From Octopus bimaculoides (taxonomy: Eukaryota): a stretch of 64,000 nucleotides of DNA. The notes below the pieces were generated by a model, which was not told where the DNA came from, searched no databases, and was given only the letters and a program-made list of their open reading frames with translations. The position numbers and the translations under genes were made by a program. The DNA is taken from assembly GCF_001194135.2 (NCBI RefSeq), contig NC_068985.1, positions 13,803,900 through 13,867,899 of the forward strand, given 5' to 3'. Each line of letters starts with the position of its first letter. Within the stretch, counting starts at the first letter, position 1. This document shows positions 1 to 15,100 of this stretch, one piece after another.

Positions 1-340
1 TGTGTGTGTGTGTGTGTATGTTTGTGTGTGTGTTTGTCCTCCAACATCGCTTGACAACCGATGCTGGTGTGTTTACGTCCCTGTAACTTAGCAGTTCGGC
101 AAAAGAGACCGATAGAATAAGTACTAGGCTTACAAAGAATAAGTCCTGGGGTCGATTTGCTTGACTAAAGGCAGTGCTCCAGCATGGCCACAGTCAAATG
201 ATTGAAACAAGTAAAAGAGTATATAAAAGTATGAAATGAACAAAACCGCTCCCAAAGGACAGGGAGTCACTTATAGAACAAAAATCACAGCATCCCAAAA
301 CAATATATTCATAAATCCAGACAAATAAAACATGGTTTAC

Positions 341-467
341 CGTAAAGCCAAATTTTCAAACACTGGATTTAAGGGTAGATCGTATGCTTTGCAAATAATG
401 ATAGCTCTGTCAAAAAGTCCAACACTGACTAATATACCAATCATTTCATCAGGTTGTATGGCAGGGC
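341..467 (-). CDS. NUP160: Nup160 exon 31 (PAIQPDEMIGILVSVGLFDRAIIICKAYDLPLNPVFENLAL); exon 30 not visible
   Basis: cag acceptor, GTAAAC donor; GLFD.AI..C...LPL.PVFE.LA motif. Confidence 0.94.
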
Positions 468-3182
468 CTGCAAAAGAGTAAAAAAAAGGTAAAAAGAAAA
501 CTCATACATTGCTTAATATAATAACTTTGCACAATACCATAATATAAGATGTCATTCAAAATTACTTACAAAAATAGTACAAAAGGATTTTTATAAGGTC
601 AATCCCTTATGTTGTTAAGTCCAAGTCAGGACTGGTTGAACAGATCTATAATCAAAAGCATTCCAGCCATGATTATCTTGTCCTTTTATTCTGCTGATCA
701 ATCCCATTGGTTACATTAATGAAATATTAGAATGATTCGCCTGCTCCCAACATTTTACCAATATGACACTTCTAGTACATTCTCTACAACTGTTTGATTA
801 CTATACATATAATAATTAGCTTATGTGTCTGTTCACTGTGACACTAATAATATGTTGAAGTGGGAAGGTTCCACGTTGGTTTGGCTTGGACAGTTCAATA
901 GGTCAGACAAATCAAAGAACTGTGTCAGGCTCTAATGTCTATTTTAGTATTGTTTCAATGGCTGGATGCTCTTCCTAATGCCAAAAAATCACAAACTATA
1001 CTGGATGCATTTTTCTGGTACCAGGACAACTAAACATTGCCTTGCAACTTGCAAGATCAAGGATCTAAAATAGAGCTAACTCACAGCAAAACAATTCTTG
1101 TTGTTGTTGCTGTTGGCACTCCGTCGTTTACGACGTCGAGGGTTCCAGTTGATCCGATCAACGGAACAACCTGCTCATTAAATTAACATGCAAGTGGCTG
1201 AGCACTCCACAGACACGTGCACCCTTAATGTAGTTCTCGGGGATATTCAGCGTGACACAGTGTGACAAGGCTGACCCTTTGAATTACAGGCACAACAGAA
1301 ACAGGAAGTAAGAGTGAGAGAAAGTTGTGGTGGAAGAGTACAGCAGGGTTCGCCACCATCCCCTGCCGGAGCCTTGTGGAGCTTTAGGTGTTTTCGCTCA
1401 CTAAACACTCGCAACGCCCGGTCTGGGAATCGAAACCGCGAATCCGCTGCCCTAACCACTGGGCCATCGCGCNNNNNNNNNNNNNNNNNNNNNNNNNNNN
1501 NNNNNNNNNNNNNNNNNNNNNNNNNNNNNNNNNNNNNNNNNNNNNNNNNNNNNNNNNNNNNNNNNNNNNNNNNNNNNNNNNNNNNCGGGGATATTCAGCG
1601 TGACAAGGCTGACCCTTTGAATTACAGGCACAACAGAAACAGGAAGTAAGAGTGAGAGAAAGTTGTGGTGGAAGAGTACAGCAGGGTTCGCCACCATCCC
1701 CTGCCGGAGCCTTGTGAAGCTTTAGGTGTTTTCGCTCACTAAACACTCGCAACGCCCTGTCTGGGAATCGAAACCGCGAATCCGCTGCCCTAACCACTGG
1801 GCCATCGCGCTTCCACAGAGCAAAACAATAACAATAACAGAAATGCAAGCAAAAATCAACCCTTACAACACAAGAACTGAACGTACTCGATTCTGTGTAC
1901 ATGCACCTGAAACACAGGCACCAAGTGAACTCATTTTCAATAGTGGGATACGTTCTGGAGTTCTCCACATTTCATATGGCATAGTACACACATCTTATCT
2001 TTGCTGGCCCATAAAAAGAGGTTGTGAGAACTGATTTGTATATGATCAGTGTGTTACAATCACCAGCAAAAATTTAATCAGTGCAGTGAGGCATCATCAT
2101 CATCATCATCGTTGTCGTTTAACGTCCGTTTTCCATGCTAGCATGGGTTGGACGATTTGACTGAGAACTGGCAAGCCAGAAGGCTGCATCAGGCTCCAAT
2201 CTGATCTGGCAGAATTTCTACGGCTGGANNNNNNNNNNNNNNNNNNNNNNNNNNNNNNNNNNNNNNNNNNNNNNNNNNNNNNNNNNNNNNNNNNNNNNNN
2301 NNNNNNNNNNNNNNNNNNNNNNNNNNNNNNNNNNNNNNNNNNNNNNNNNNNNNNNNNNNNNNNNNNNNNNNNNNNNNNNNNNNNNNNNNNNNNNNNNNNN
2401 NNNNNNNNNNNNNNNNNNNNNNNNNNNNNNNNNNNNNNNNNNNNNNNNNNNNNNNNNNNNNNNNNNNNNNNNNNNNNNNNNNNNNNNNNNNNNNNNNNNN
2501 NNNNNNNNNNNNNNNNNNNNNNNNNNNNNNNNNNNNNNNNNNNNNNNNNNNNNNNNNNNNNNNNNNNNNNNNNNNNNNNNNNNNNNNNNNNNNNNNNNNN
2601 NNNNNNNNNNNNNNNNNNNNNNNNNNNNNNNNNNNNNNNNNNNNNNNNNNNNNNNNNNNNNNNNNNNNNNNNNNNNNNNNNNNNNNNNNNNNNNNNNNNN
2701 NNNNNNNNNNNNNNNNNNNNNNNNNNNNNNNNNNNNNNNNNNNNNNNNNNNNNNNNNNNNNNNNNNNNNNNNNNNNNNNNNNNNNNNNNNNNNNNNNNNN
2801 NNNNNNNNNNNNNNNNNNNNNNNNNNNNNNNNNNNNNNNNNNNNNNNNNNNNNNNNNNNNNNNNNNNNNNNNNNNNNNNNNNNNNNNNNNNNNNNNNNNN
2901 NNNNNNNNNNNNNNNNNNNNNNNNNNNNNNNNNNNNNNNNNNNNNNNNNNNNNNNNNNNNNNNNNNNNNNNNNNNNNNNNNNNNNNNNNNNNNNNNNNNN
3001 NNNNNNNNNNNNNNNNNNNNNNNNNNNNNNNNNNNNNNNNNNNNNNNNNNNNNNNNNNNNNNNNNNNNNNNNNNNNNNNNNNNNNNNNNNNNNNNNNNNN
3101 NNNNNNNNNNNNNNNNNNNNNNNNNNNNNNNNNNNNNNNNNNNNNNNNNNNNNNNNNNNNNNNNNNNNNNNNNNNNNNNNNN

Positions 3183-3217
<35 letters not shown>

Positions 3218-4018
3218 TACAACGGGCTTCTTCCAGTTTCCGTCTACCAAATCCACTCACAAGGCTTTGGTCGGCCCGAGACTATAGTAGAAGACACTTG
3301 CCCAAGGTGCCACGCAGTGGGACTGAACCAAGAACTATGTGGTTCATAATAATAAAAACAAAGCAAAATTTAAAACTCTTTTGCTCATTACATGTCTTAT
3401 GTGTTTTTGGTCAGTGCCTTAAACATCAGTCCAAGTTAATGACTTTTTGACCTGCTAGATATAGCAGCTGAATCTATAAAAAGCTTACCATCCGTCACTA
3501 TTTTTTCCTCACCATCAAGGTAATGTTTTGGAGAAGTTCCTTCTTCAGGTGCCTGAAAAAGACAAACATTTTAGTTAACAAGAGAGAATTAATGTCATTA
3601 ATTCCAACTATTAATAACAATATCACATAAAATTCACTAAGACACTTCTCTAGTAGTAGCCAATGCAATTGGTTGCTTATAATGAGATGAATTACTTACT
3701 AACTGCATAGAATTGGAATTAAAGCTACAGTTTGAATTGATTGTATGTTGAGAATTAGGGCAAAACTCAAACTGAAATATAAATGAATAAAATGAACAGA
3801 TGTTAAGATATTTAATGTAGCTGTGAAGAATTTTCTTGGTGTTTTCTTTTATTTGTTTCAGTCATTTGACTTTGGCCATGCTGGAGCACTGCCTATAGTC
3901 GAATAAATCGACCCCAGGACTTATTCTTTGTAAGCCTAGTATTTATTCTATTGGTCTCTTTTGCCAATTTACGGGGAAGGTTGTGAAGTGATGTTGGGGA
4001 GACAAACACATACATGTG

Positions 4019-4089
<71 letters not shown>

Positions 4090-7000
4090 GGCTTTTTTCA
4101 GTCTCCACCTACCAAATCCACTCACAAGGCTTTGGTCAGCCCAAGGCTATAGTAGATAATGTTAATAGAGTTGCAGCCCGTATATTTCAAAAGAAAGATT
4201 TGACAATGTACATATCAGGCATGTGCCGTCAGTAGATACTCAGAGTAGGCAGTTGGTGACGTTTATGTAGTAAAACACACAAAAGAATAAGCGAAACACA
4301 GGCGCGCGACTGAGTTGAAGGCAGATTTACTTCTGCCTTTATAGCACGTAAAGAAAACGTTGTTATAGGAATGTACAAAGCATATGTACTACAGCAGTTC
4401 TATGCGTAGCTTTAATACTGAGATTGAAAGGTAGGGGAGAATTATGCCTACCTAGTCTACAAAAAAATAGCATATTTTGTATTTTATGCATAGTAATCAG
4501 TGTAACTCTTTACTCTCTTTTACTTGTTTCAATTATTTAACTGCTATCGATTCATTTTATTCAAAGTAAGCACTGCTTACCTTGCCTACCTAGGCAGCAC
4601 GTCCCTGGTACATATGTATGTATGTATATGTGTGTGTGTGTGTATATGTATGTATGTATTTGTTTGTATGTATGTACTTTATCTTGTAGTGAGATTTGAT
4701 GTGGTTACATACACATAGCTTTGACAATAGTTTGTGAGATTAATGAATAGTCGGAAATTTACACATAATCCACTTACTGGGTGAGTTAAACAATTTGGTA
4801 TAGGCTTCACCACCCAAGCATATTCTGGCTTCGCCAACCGTAAGGCATGCATAGCAGCCAAATAACACTGAACTTGGCGCTGAAGACCACGAACCCCTGG
4901 CAGTTCTTGCCCCAGCCGCAGACCTTGTTCGTACATCACATTGCCAGCTGAAAACGTTTAGAAAACAAATGAAATAATAAACAACTTGTAGCAGGAATCA
5001 TACTTTAAGAAATTTAGTGCCCACATTTTCTCCTTAACTCCTTTCAATACCAACCCTGCTGAAACCACCTCTGGCTCTGTAGTACAAATGTCCTGTTTTC
5101 AAAAATTTTGATTTAAAATCTTCCATTAAACCTTAAGTTGTAATTTATGTTCCTAACATCAGCTTAATGATAACCAAGTTATTTTACTAAATTCTTTGTT
5201 ATATTTAAAATTGTGGAGGCGCAATGGCCCAGTGGTTAGGGCAGTAGACTCGTGGTCATAGAATCGCGGTTTCAATTCCCAGACTGGGCGTTGTGAGTGT
5301 TTATTGAGCAAAAACGCCTAAAGCTCCACGAGACTCCGGCAGGGGATGGTGGTGAACCCTGCTGTACTCTTCCACCACAACTTTCTCTCACTCTTACTTC
5401 CTGTTTCTGTTGTACCTGTAATTCAAAGGGTCAGCCTTGTCACACTGTGTCACACTGAATATCCCCGAGAACTACGTTAAGGGTACACGTGTCTGTGGAG
5501 TGCTCAGCCACTTGCACATTAATTTCACGAGCAGGCTGTTCCGTTGATTGGATCAACTGGAACCCTCGACGTCATAAGCGACGGAGTGCCAACAACATAT
5601 TTAAAATTAATTGAAAGAAACACAGAGCATCTCAAAATAAATACGGTAACAAAAGGGTTAAAAATCAACTAGTCATCATCATTCAGGCACTCCTGATTCA
5701 TTCATCTCTCTTCCTATCATCACCCACACTGTGTACAACCTCCTGCCATCACTAAACCAATTCTGCATAAGCACTCCTCCTCCTCTACTCAGCAATGAGA
5801 AAAATCTGAACACCATCTGTAGTAACATCACCAACATGGAAGTGCTTACAAAAGCTATCTTTTATATTATTACAAATTTGAGATTTTACCAATAGAACCA
5901 CAACTCCTATTTCAGGATAACCTTATTGTATGCTCATAGTAGGTTTTTTAAATGGTTATAGTATTTTATTATTATCATTTTATTGGATATAACTTTCTTT
6001 GTGTATTTCATACAATAAGGTTATCCTGAAACAGGAGTTACGGTTCTATTGGTAAATTCCCAAATTTGTAATTATATATATATCTATGATATTTACCATG
6101 CAAACTTCGATGAAAAGAATATGAGAAAGCTATGGTATATAATTTTTTTTTTTGTGCAGGGGTTCCTTGAGACATGTAATTTATTTTAAGGGTTACACAA
6201 GGGTAAAAAGGTTGAGAAACACTGCTCTAATGGTTCTGCCAGTCTACTGTCCTTGATTGGTATTTTACTGATCTCAGAAGGACAAAAGGCCAAGTTGACC
6301 TTGGCAGGACTTGAATTCAGAATGAAGGATGCCAGAAAAAAATACTGGAAAACATTTCATCCAACAAGCTCAGTTAAATTTTCAATTAAAATTTCAACAA
6401 TCATTTATTAACAAACACATCAAAATTATACACACATCAATGCGATGGTGAATTTTGTTTTTTATAATTACATGACAATCATCATCTTGCTTCATTTAAA
6501 CAATCATTGCTTATCAATAACTCATTCAGCACACATTGTGTTTTTTTTACCCCTTTATCTTTCATTTTTGTAAAGCAGAAAGAAAATATTTTAAACATAC
6601 AAGCACAATCATAAGTGAACTGTCAGTTTTGGTTAATGATACATTTCAGACATAATCATCCACACATCAAGGAGGAAAAAAATAAATAAATAAAATAAAA
6701 TAATAATCTTTTCTACTGTAGGTACAAAGCCTGAAATTTTGGAGGAAGGGGGCTAGTCAATATAATTGACCCCAGTGCACAACTGGTACTTAATTTATCG
6801 AACCTAAAAGGATGAAAGGCAAAGTCGACCTCGAAGGAATTTGAACTCAGAATGGAGCGACGGGCGAAGTACTATTAAGCATTTCGTCCAGTGTGCTAAC
6901 AATTCGGCCAGCTCGCCGCCTTAAATAAAATTAATATTAATAATAATAATAATAATGAAACAAACCAGCTCGGTAACTATTTCTTGAAATATGTATTGAG

Positions 7001-10000
7001 AACAACAGGTCATAATAATTGTGTGAAGACAAATCAACAGATCGGGCTCGGTTCTTTAGAATAGACACCACCTGCAAGGACAAACGATTGTAAAACATGA
7101 ACATCTTCAGAATAGGTAAAAGAAACTATAAAGTGGTGGGTTACAATGAAATAGCAGAACAGAAGAGACTAGGGGAAGGGTTGGGTGTCTTCCAGAGACA
7201 TAACATGACATTGTCGTTACTTTCTTAGAATTCAGATTATCCTGTCAAATATAATGCCTATTTATTCATATTGTTTTGAATTAATCCTGCATTATCCTGT
7301 AGTTCTGAGATTTTGAAGATCATGGAGGCAAAGTGGCCAAGTTCCTTTTCGGGTGTTGGGCCTGACAGAAGCAATGACCAAGAAGGAGACCCATCATCGT
7401 TCATCGTTTAACGTCCGCTTTCCATGCTAGCATGGGTTGGACGATTTGACTGAGGACTGGTGCAGCCAGATGGCTACACCAGGCTCCAATCTAATTTGGC
7501 AGAGTTTCTACAGCTGGATGCCCTTCCTAACGCCAACCACTCAGAGAGTGTAGTGGGTGCTTTTACGTGTCACCCGCACAAAAACGGCCACGCTCAAAAT
7601 GGTGTCTTTTATGTGTCACCCGCACAAGAGCCAGTCCAGGGGCACTGGCAACGATCTCGCTCGAAAACCCTACAAGGCCAGTCAGGCGGTACTGGCAACG
7701 GTCAAGCCAGGCAAAATTGCAGTCGTGGCAGATACCAGTGTCACACAAATGGCACCTGTGCTGGTGGAACATAAAAGCACCCATTGCACTCTCGGAGTGG
7801 TTGGCATTAGGAAGGGCATCCAGCCGTAGAAAATCATGCCAAATCAGACTGGAGCCTGGCGCAGCCTTCCAGCATGCCAAACTGTTCAACCCATGCCAAC
7901 ATGGACAACGGATGTTAAATGATGATGATGATGATGATTGAAGGATATAGCTCAACAGCACTTTGAACACACCCTACTAATCACTGCTTGTCACAATTCC
8001 ATCCTGGTAACCAACCACTTGATAGAATTGGGCATCAAAACTGTTCGTCACACACCCAAGAATCTAAACCTTGCTCCCTGTGATTTTTGATGGTTTCCCA
8101 AGCTGAAGGAGAACCCCAGGGGTAATCATTTTGAAGAGATTCAGAAGACAGAGGTGGCTGTGACAAGGGTCCGAAACACCTTCAGTTTGGAGGACTTCTA
8201 TAGGGCCTTCATGAAGCAGCTGGGGCACTAAAACAAGTGCACTGAAGTCAGAAGATCCTATTTTGAAGGAGACTGGAGTTTTGTACTTTTTGAAATTAAT
8301 AAAAGTCTCTCCTGAAAAAGTTCCAAGGCTTCTGGAATGCACTTCGTAGCGCTGTATAAATTTGCAGAATTTCTTGTGTGTGTGTCTTTTCTCCCATAAA
8401 TCCACACTACACAACCCCATGAGGTCGCGTATGTATATACTTCTTACTCTCCACAAGGCATTGGTCAGCTCAAAATACACACACATACACGAAATGGTAT
8501 GCACAAATAAAATAAAAAACAAAATCATTTAGAGTTTGTTAATATTAAGTCATTTAAATATTCAGTGAAAATCTGAAATGAGAATTTCTGTTAACATTTA
8601 ATTATTTCTGTTCATAGATTGGATAAGTGAACTAGTACATCCATAGAAACACTTTACCTCTTCCTGGAGATTATTATAAGGAAATCTGACCAAAATATTT
8701 AACTGCTTGCGGTCACACAACACATTCAGTAACTGTCGTAGACAATCTTTACAGCTGGAAACAAAAAGATGAAAACAGCAAAGTTATAATATAACATGTT
8801 AATAGTCCATCCACCACCACCACGTTCAAAACAACATTTACAGCTATGAAGTGACAAATCATTGTTTTTATTACTCTTTTACTTGTTTCAGTCATTTTTG
8901 GAGAGCAGGGCCAGTTGATTAGATCAACTGGTACTTAATTTATCGACATCAAAAAGAAGAAAGGCAAAGTCGACCTTGGCAGAATTTGAACTCAGAACGT
9001 AAAGACAGAAAATACCGCTAAGCATTTCACCCGGCGTCCCAACGTTTCTGCCAGGTTGCCGCCTTGCATTACCCACAAAATATTATGATACCATTATTTC
9101 AATTTTCGGTACAAGACCAGGAATTTCAAAGGACAGGGTAATTAACTACACCCCACCTCTGCTAAACAGGTTCTTATTTTATCAACCCAGAAAAGTCGAC
9201 CTCAGTGGCATTTGAACTCAAAACATAAAGCTGGAGAGAAAATGCAGTTAAGTACTTTATGCTAATGATTCTGCCTGCTCAGTACCTTACAAAATGCTAT
9301 ATTATAACAAGCAAATGAATAGACCAGCTATCTAGAAACAATACTTTACACAACAAATTCTGTATTGAAAGAAAACGAGTGCGAAACAGATAAATATAAT
9401 AAAACATATTTGAAATGAAAAAGCATTGATGAATACCTGGAGGGATCTGGATTGGTAACCATAGCATTATAGGCTTTCTCATAATGTCCTAATTCTAAAT
9501 GATACTTAAATACTTTTAGATACAACGTTGCCTGAAAACAGAAGGAGAATTTAGGTGAGGTAAACATGTCTGGATAGAGTGTACATTAAGTTGAAAGACA
9601 TTTAGGGATACAGTTAATGATAATCAAATTGAATAAGAAATTTGAATACATGCTGGTGCCATGTAAAAAGTTCCTGTGCTGGTGCCACGTTAAAAGCATC
9701 TGTACTGGCACAACGTAAAAAGCACCCAGTACACTCTGTACAATGGTTGGTGTTAGGAAGAGGATCCAAAACAGATATGCCCTTCCTAACGCCAACCACT
9801 CCAAGAGTGTAATGGGTGCTTTTATGTGCCATTGGTACAGGTGCCATTTGTGTGACACCAGTATCTGCCACGACTGCGATTTTGCTCAGCTTGATGGGTC
9901 TTCTCAAGCACGACATAATGCCAACGGTCTCGGTAGTCCATTAGTTACGACAACAAGTGCTCCCATTGATTTGATCAATGGAACAGCTTGCTTGTGAAAT

Positions 10001-12126
10001 TAATGTGCAAGTGGCTGAGTACTCCACAGACACACATGCCCTTAATGTAGTTCTTAGGGAGATTCAACATGATACAAAATGTGACAAGGCCGGACCTTTG
10101 AATCACAGGTACCACTCATTCTTGCCAGCCATATGAACAGCAACAATGTGAAATAGAAGGTCTTGCTCAAAGACACAACAAACTGCCAGGAATCGAACTC
10201 ATGACTTTTGATTGCAAGCCGAATACTTTAACGTCTGCATTCCATGCCGGCATGGGTTGGACAGTTTAACTGAGGGATGGCAAGCCAGAAGGCTGCACCA
10301 GGCTTCAATCCGATCTGGCAAAGTTTCTACAGTTGGATGCCCTTCATAATGCCAACCACTTCGAGAGTGTAGTGGGTGCTTTTTACATGCCACCAGCACG
10401 AGGGCCAGTCAGACGGTACTGGTATTGACCATGCTTGCATGGTGCTTTTTACATGCCACCAACATGGGACGAGTCACCCGGCACTGTAATGATTAAATTA
10501 TTGCATGCCACTTAAAAGCACCCAGTCCACACTGTAAAGTGGTCGTGTTTGGAAGGGCATCCAGCTGTAAAAATTCTGTCAAAACAGTCACAGAAGTCTG
10601 GTGCAGGCCTCTGCCTGGCTGGCTCTTGTGAAACCATCCCACCCATGCCAGTACGATGATGATGATGATAATATATGCCTTATTGTGTTTTGTTATGCAT
10701 GTGATGTTCTGGCCCGTGGAAAAATTGTCTTGCATGAAACCAGGCCCAAGGTACCAAAAAGGTTGAAGACTGCTGTTTGAAAGGATTGACATCCGATCAC
10801 CCTTGCACTGTTTTCATTTATCACTCTTTTACTTGTTTCAGTTATTTGACTGCAGCCATGCTGGAGCACCGCCTTTAGTCGAGAAAATCGACCCCCAGGA
10901 CTTATTCTTTGTAAGCCTAGTACTTATTCTATCGGTCTCTTTTGCCAAACCGCTAAGTTACGGGGACGTAAACACATCAGCATATACAATGGTCTTCTTT
11001 CAGTTTCCATCTACCAAATCCACTCACAAGGCTTTGGTCGGCCCGAGGCTAGTAGAAGACACTTGCCCAAAGTGCCACGCAATGGGACTGAACCCGGAAC
11101 CATGTGGTTGATAAGCAAGCTACTTACCACACAGCCACTCCTGTCGACTTCACCTTTTTCAAAACAACATTTATATATCTTCCAAAAAAGATAAAAAACC
11201 CTTCCAACTGTTTATTCAATTCTTCTATAATCCCATTCTCTTTATCATCACAATAATATAGCTCACACTTTCTTTGTTTCATGTGTGTGTGTGTGGTGAG
11301 AGAACAAATAACATTACAAAATGATGAGATGATGTCAAATCTTGCAAACAGTAAACAGGAGAAACAGAGAGAAACCACTTACTATATTAGGATCAGATTC
11401 ACTAGCAATACATATTGCTTCTTCTGCGAGTGAAATTACTATATGTGGATGTTGAAAATGTTCAAACTGGTTAATAACCTGCACAAATGGAATCAAAACA
11501 AGAATCTGAAGAGTGAATTTTTCAAAGAAAATAAAATATCAAATATCTAGAATACAGCTTAGAATTTTTTTTTAAATCTGCCAATTAGTCAGACAGTTTT
11601 CTTTTGGATGCAGTGAAGAATATTTATGTGTTCATTCGTGGCAGTAACATTGTCTCAGATGTGTAAGTCCAACATGGATCGTATTAAGCTTTTAATTGTA
11701 GAGGGTCAGCAACTGATCTGAGATGAAGTATTTTCTGGCTCTAAAGAAGAACCTAAGTCTTTGAGGTACAGTTTAGGCAATGTTATATATTTCTCGTGAA
11801 ATCACCAGAAATGGTGAGGCTCAGCATTTGAAGTAACTTCAGTATTTACAATGATTTCACCAATTCAAACACCACCACAACCACCACCATCACAATTGTC
11901 TTTCTTTCTGTGCTTGCATGGGTCAGGTGACATTATGAAGTGTTACATTTTTCTGTGTTTGGATGCTCTTCCTGTCACCAACAATTTACCCATTTCCAAG
12001 CAGGGTAACATTAGCTTACCAAACAACAACCATCCCAGACAAGCTTTCATGGAGAACTACAAATACATGACACTGTTTTGTATGAATGGCAATCTTTGGT
12101 TGAAGACAAGAGAGCATACACACCCT

Positions 12127-12162
<36 letters not shown>

Positions 12163-15100
12163 CACACACACACTCGTAAAAAGCATCCAGCATACTGTTA
12201 AACGGTTGGCATTAGGAAGGGTATCCATAGCAGAAACTATGCCAAAGCAGACATTGGAGTTTGGTACAGCCCTCTGGTTCATCAGTTCACATTGAACTGT
12301 CCAACCCATGCCAGAATGGTAAAGGGGAAGTTAAATGATGATCACACACATGAGAGAGACAGGCTTCTCCAAATTTCTCTCTACCAAATTTCATTCACAA
12401 GGTATTTGTTCACTTGAAACTACAGTAGAAGGCCCAGTCAACAGTGTTCATTTTTTTTTATGGCACTGTCAGTTACGACAATGAGGGTTCCAGTTGATCC
12501 GATCAACAGAACAGTCTGCTCGTAAAACTAACGTGCAAGTGGCTGAACATTCCAGACATGTGTACCCTTAACATAGTTCTCGGGGATATTCAGCGTGATA
12601 CACTGTATTACAAGGCTGGCCCTTGGAAATACAGGTACAACAGAAACAGAAAGAAAGAGTGAGAGAAAGTTGTGGTGAACAGTAGGGTTCACCACCATCC
12701 CCTGCCGGAGCCTCATGGAACTTTAGGTGTTTTTGCTCAATAAACACTCACAACGCCTGGCCTGGGAATCGAAACCACGATCCTACGACTGCGAGCCCAC
12801 TGCCCTAACACTGCGCCTCCACCATAATGTTCATACAATGGGAATAAACCCAAAACCACTTGGCCATATCTGTGCAAAAGAGCATTCATACAAATACTGC
12901 ATCTCTATTCAGTTCACAGATTTGAATTTGGAAGAAATCAGAATCAAACAAGATAGACTTTATGGAATCCTCAAATGGCAAACAACCAAATGTAGTAAGA
13001 ATAACAAATTTAAGTTTCAAAATCAAAAAGCCACTGAAACCTTTTCAAAAGCATCAAATTTCTTCTTACCTTGAGGTAGTAGTTCACTTCCATCATCGGA
13101 ATATTCATATCGTCATTAATTTGCAACAGTTTGCGTACCAAAAATGGCTCCCCGTTATTTAATCCTTCGGCTGCTTCAACAAATGACTGGGCAGCCTTGT
13201 AGGGTTCGCTGTAATTACAATTTATAATTATTATTGTTGTTGTTGTGGTGGGTGTTTTAATTATTATGATTATTATCAGCATTAATATTATTATTAACAG
13301 CATCTTCCGAGCGGGATCACTGCCAGAGCAGCAGTCTTACTCCCGTGCCGGTGGCATGTAAAAAGCACCATTTGAGCGCGATTATTTCCAGGTTCGCCTT
13401 ACTGGCACTTGGGTTGTCACACAATGTCCATTAAATCACTAGCCATGAAAATAAGGTCACTGTCAATCATCATTGAGATAATCTGCAAAAGGGGGTTTGT
13501 AAAATTGGTCCTTTTGTTCCTTTTTCAGTAGTAATATCAAAAAGGCCACATGATCTAATTATAACTTTTATACTCAGTCTTCAACTGTTTTTAGGGAGCT
13601 AAAATAATAGTCTGATGACTCATATTGGCTACACCACTGTCACTGATTATGCGAGCATGGAAACTGAACATAAGACGATGATGATGAGGATTATTATAAT
13701 AGTATGTTAGTGTATGTTTTGAGCGCAGAATAACGAGGACAATGATGTGTTAGTGTGTTTACATTATTTGAGTGTAGTAAAATTTTGTATCATCAATGAA
13801 TTAAATGATGGCTGGTAATTAATTACTAAAAGAAAGAAAAAAATAATAGCAATTAAAATTACTAACTTGAAATAAAGATATGCTTGTCCAAGGAGGAATT
13901 TCCTTGAATGTTCATTCTTGGTGCACCACGAAGACAACATACGCACATATTCCTGCAGGTGGAGGTACTGGCAGTGTCCGACAAGGAACTCGGGGAATAA
14001 GAAACTAAAACTGTCAGGCCATCTGGTGGGAAAATGTTAAGGATTAAAAACAAATTTACGAAAATGATTCCCACTGGAAGGGCAGCTGACAAAAATACTT
14101 TGTGATATTTAGTTGCAAACATTTATATTCTGAGTTCAAATCTTTCCCAGGACTATTTTACTCTCCCTCTTTTCAAGAATAAGTAACAGAAAATGTACTG
14201 CAGTGAAAAACTTGAAAAGAATGTTCTGGTGCAGAGACCAATAAAATATACAAAGCTACTATAAACCAAGCAACATAAAGTAATGCCATAGACATCAAAC
14301 AGTAGAAGTACATTACAGATTAATAAACTTAATTTTCTCATCTCAAAAAGTATTTTGATATTTGCAACAACAGTTGTAAATACAGGTACAGTAATCCTTC
14401 ACCATATCACGGTTTATTATTTAAGCTTACATGGATGTGTAATGTCAATGTGCATACCCGTCAGAGTGTAAGTATCTTGAGAGAAAAGCTGAACATAAGA
14501 AGCATCAGTTGTGGTGTGCAAGAGAGACGATTGTGCTGGTTTGGACATGTGGTGAGAATGAATGAGGATAGCTGCGTGAAAAAGTGCCACACCCTAACAG
14601 TTGAGGGAACCCGTGGAAGAGGTAGGCCCAGGAAGACCTGGGCTGAGGTGGTGAGGCAAGACCTTCGAACATTGGGCTTCACCGAGTCGATGACTACTGA
14701 CCGAGACCTTTGGAAATGTGCTGTGCGTGANNNNNNNNNNNNNNNNNNNNNNNNNNNNNNNNNNNNNNNNNNNNNNNNNNNNNNNNNNNNNNNNNNNNNN
14801 NNNNNNNNNNNNNNNNNNNNNNNNNNNNNNNNNNNNNNNNNNNNNNNNNNNNNNNNNNNNNNNNNNNNNNNNNNNNNNNNNNNNNNNNNNNNNNNNNNNN
14901 NNNNNNNACCGTTGCCAATACTGCCTGACTGGCCTTTGTAGGGTTTTCGAGCGAGATCGTTGCCAGTGCCCCTGGACTGGCTCTTGTGCGGGTGGCACAT
15001 AAAAGACACCATTTCGAGCGTGGCCGTTTTCGTGCGGGTGACACGTAAAAGCACACACTACACTCTCTGAGTGGTTGGCGTTAGGAAGGGCATCCAGCTG

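Noticed and set aside
1384-2034. ORFs tested as the missing Nup160 exon 30
   Set aside because: No frame resembles the expected segment, and candidate acceptors give early stops in phase 1.
2106-3260. Very long ORFs spanning N runs (also 27.8, 36.8 and 47.6 kb)
   Set aside because: Artefacts of translating gaps and microsatellites.
5213-5290. tRNA-like heads here and at 30906, 38550, 51043, 61296
   Set aside because: They have A/B boxes but no complete cloverleaf or Pol III terminator, and they continue into shared repeat bodies: SINE heads, not tRNA genes.
8064-8528. 154-aa minus-strand ORF
   Set aside because: No recognisable motif; overlaps a decayed family C piece; no fitting splice phases.
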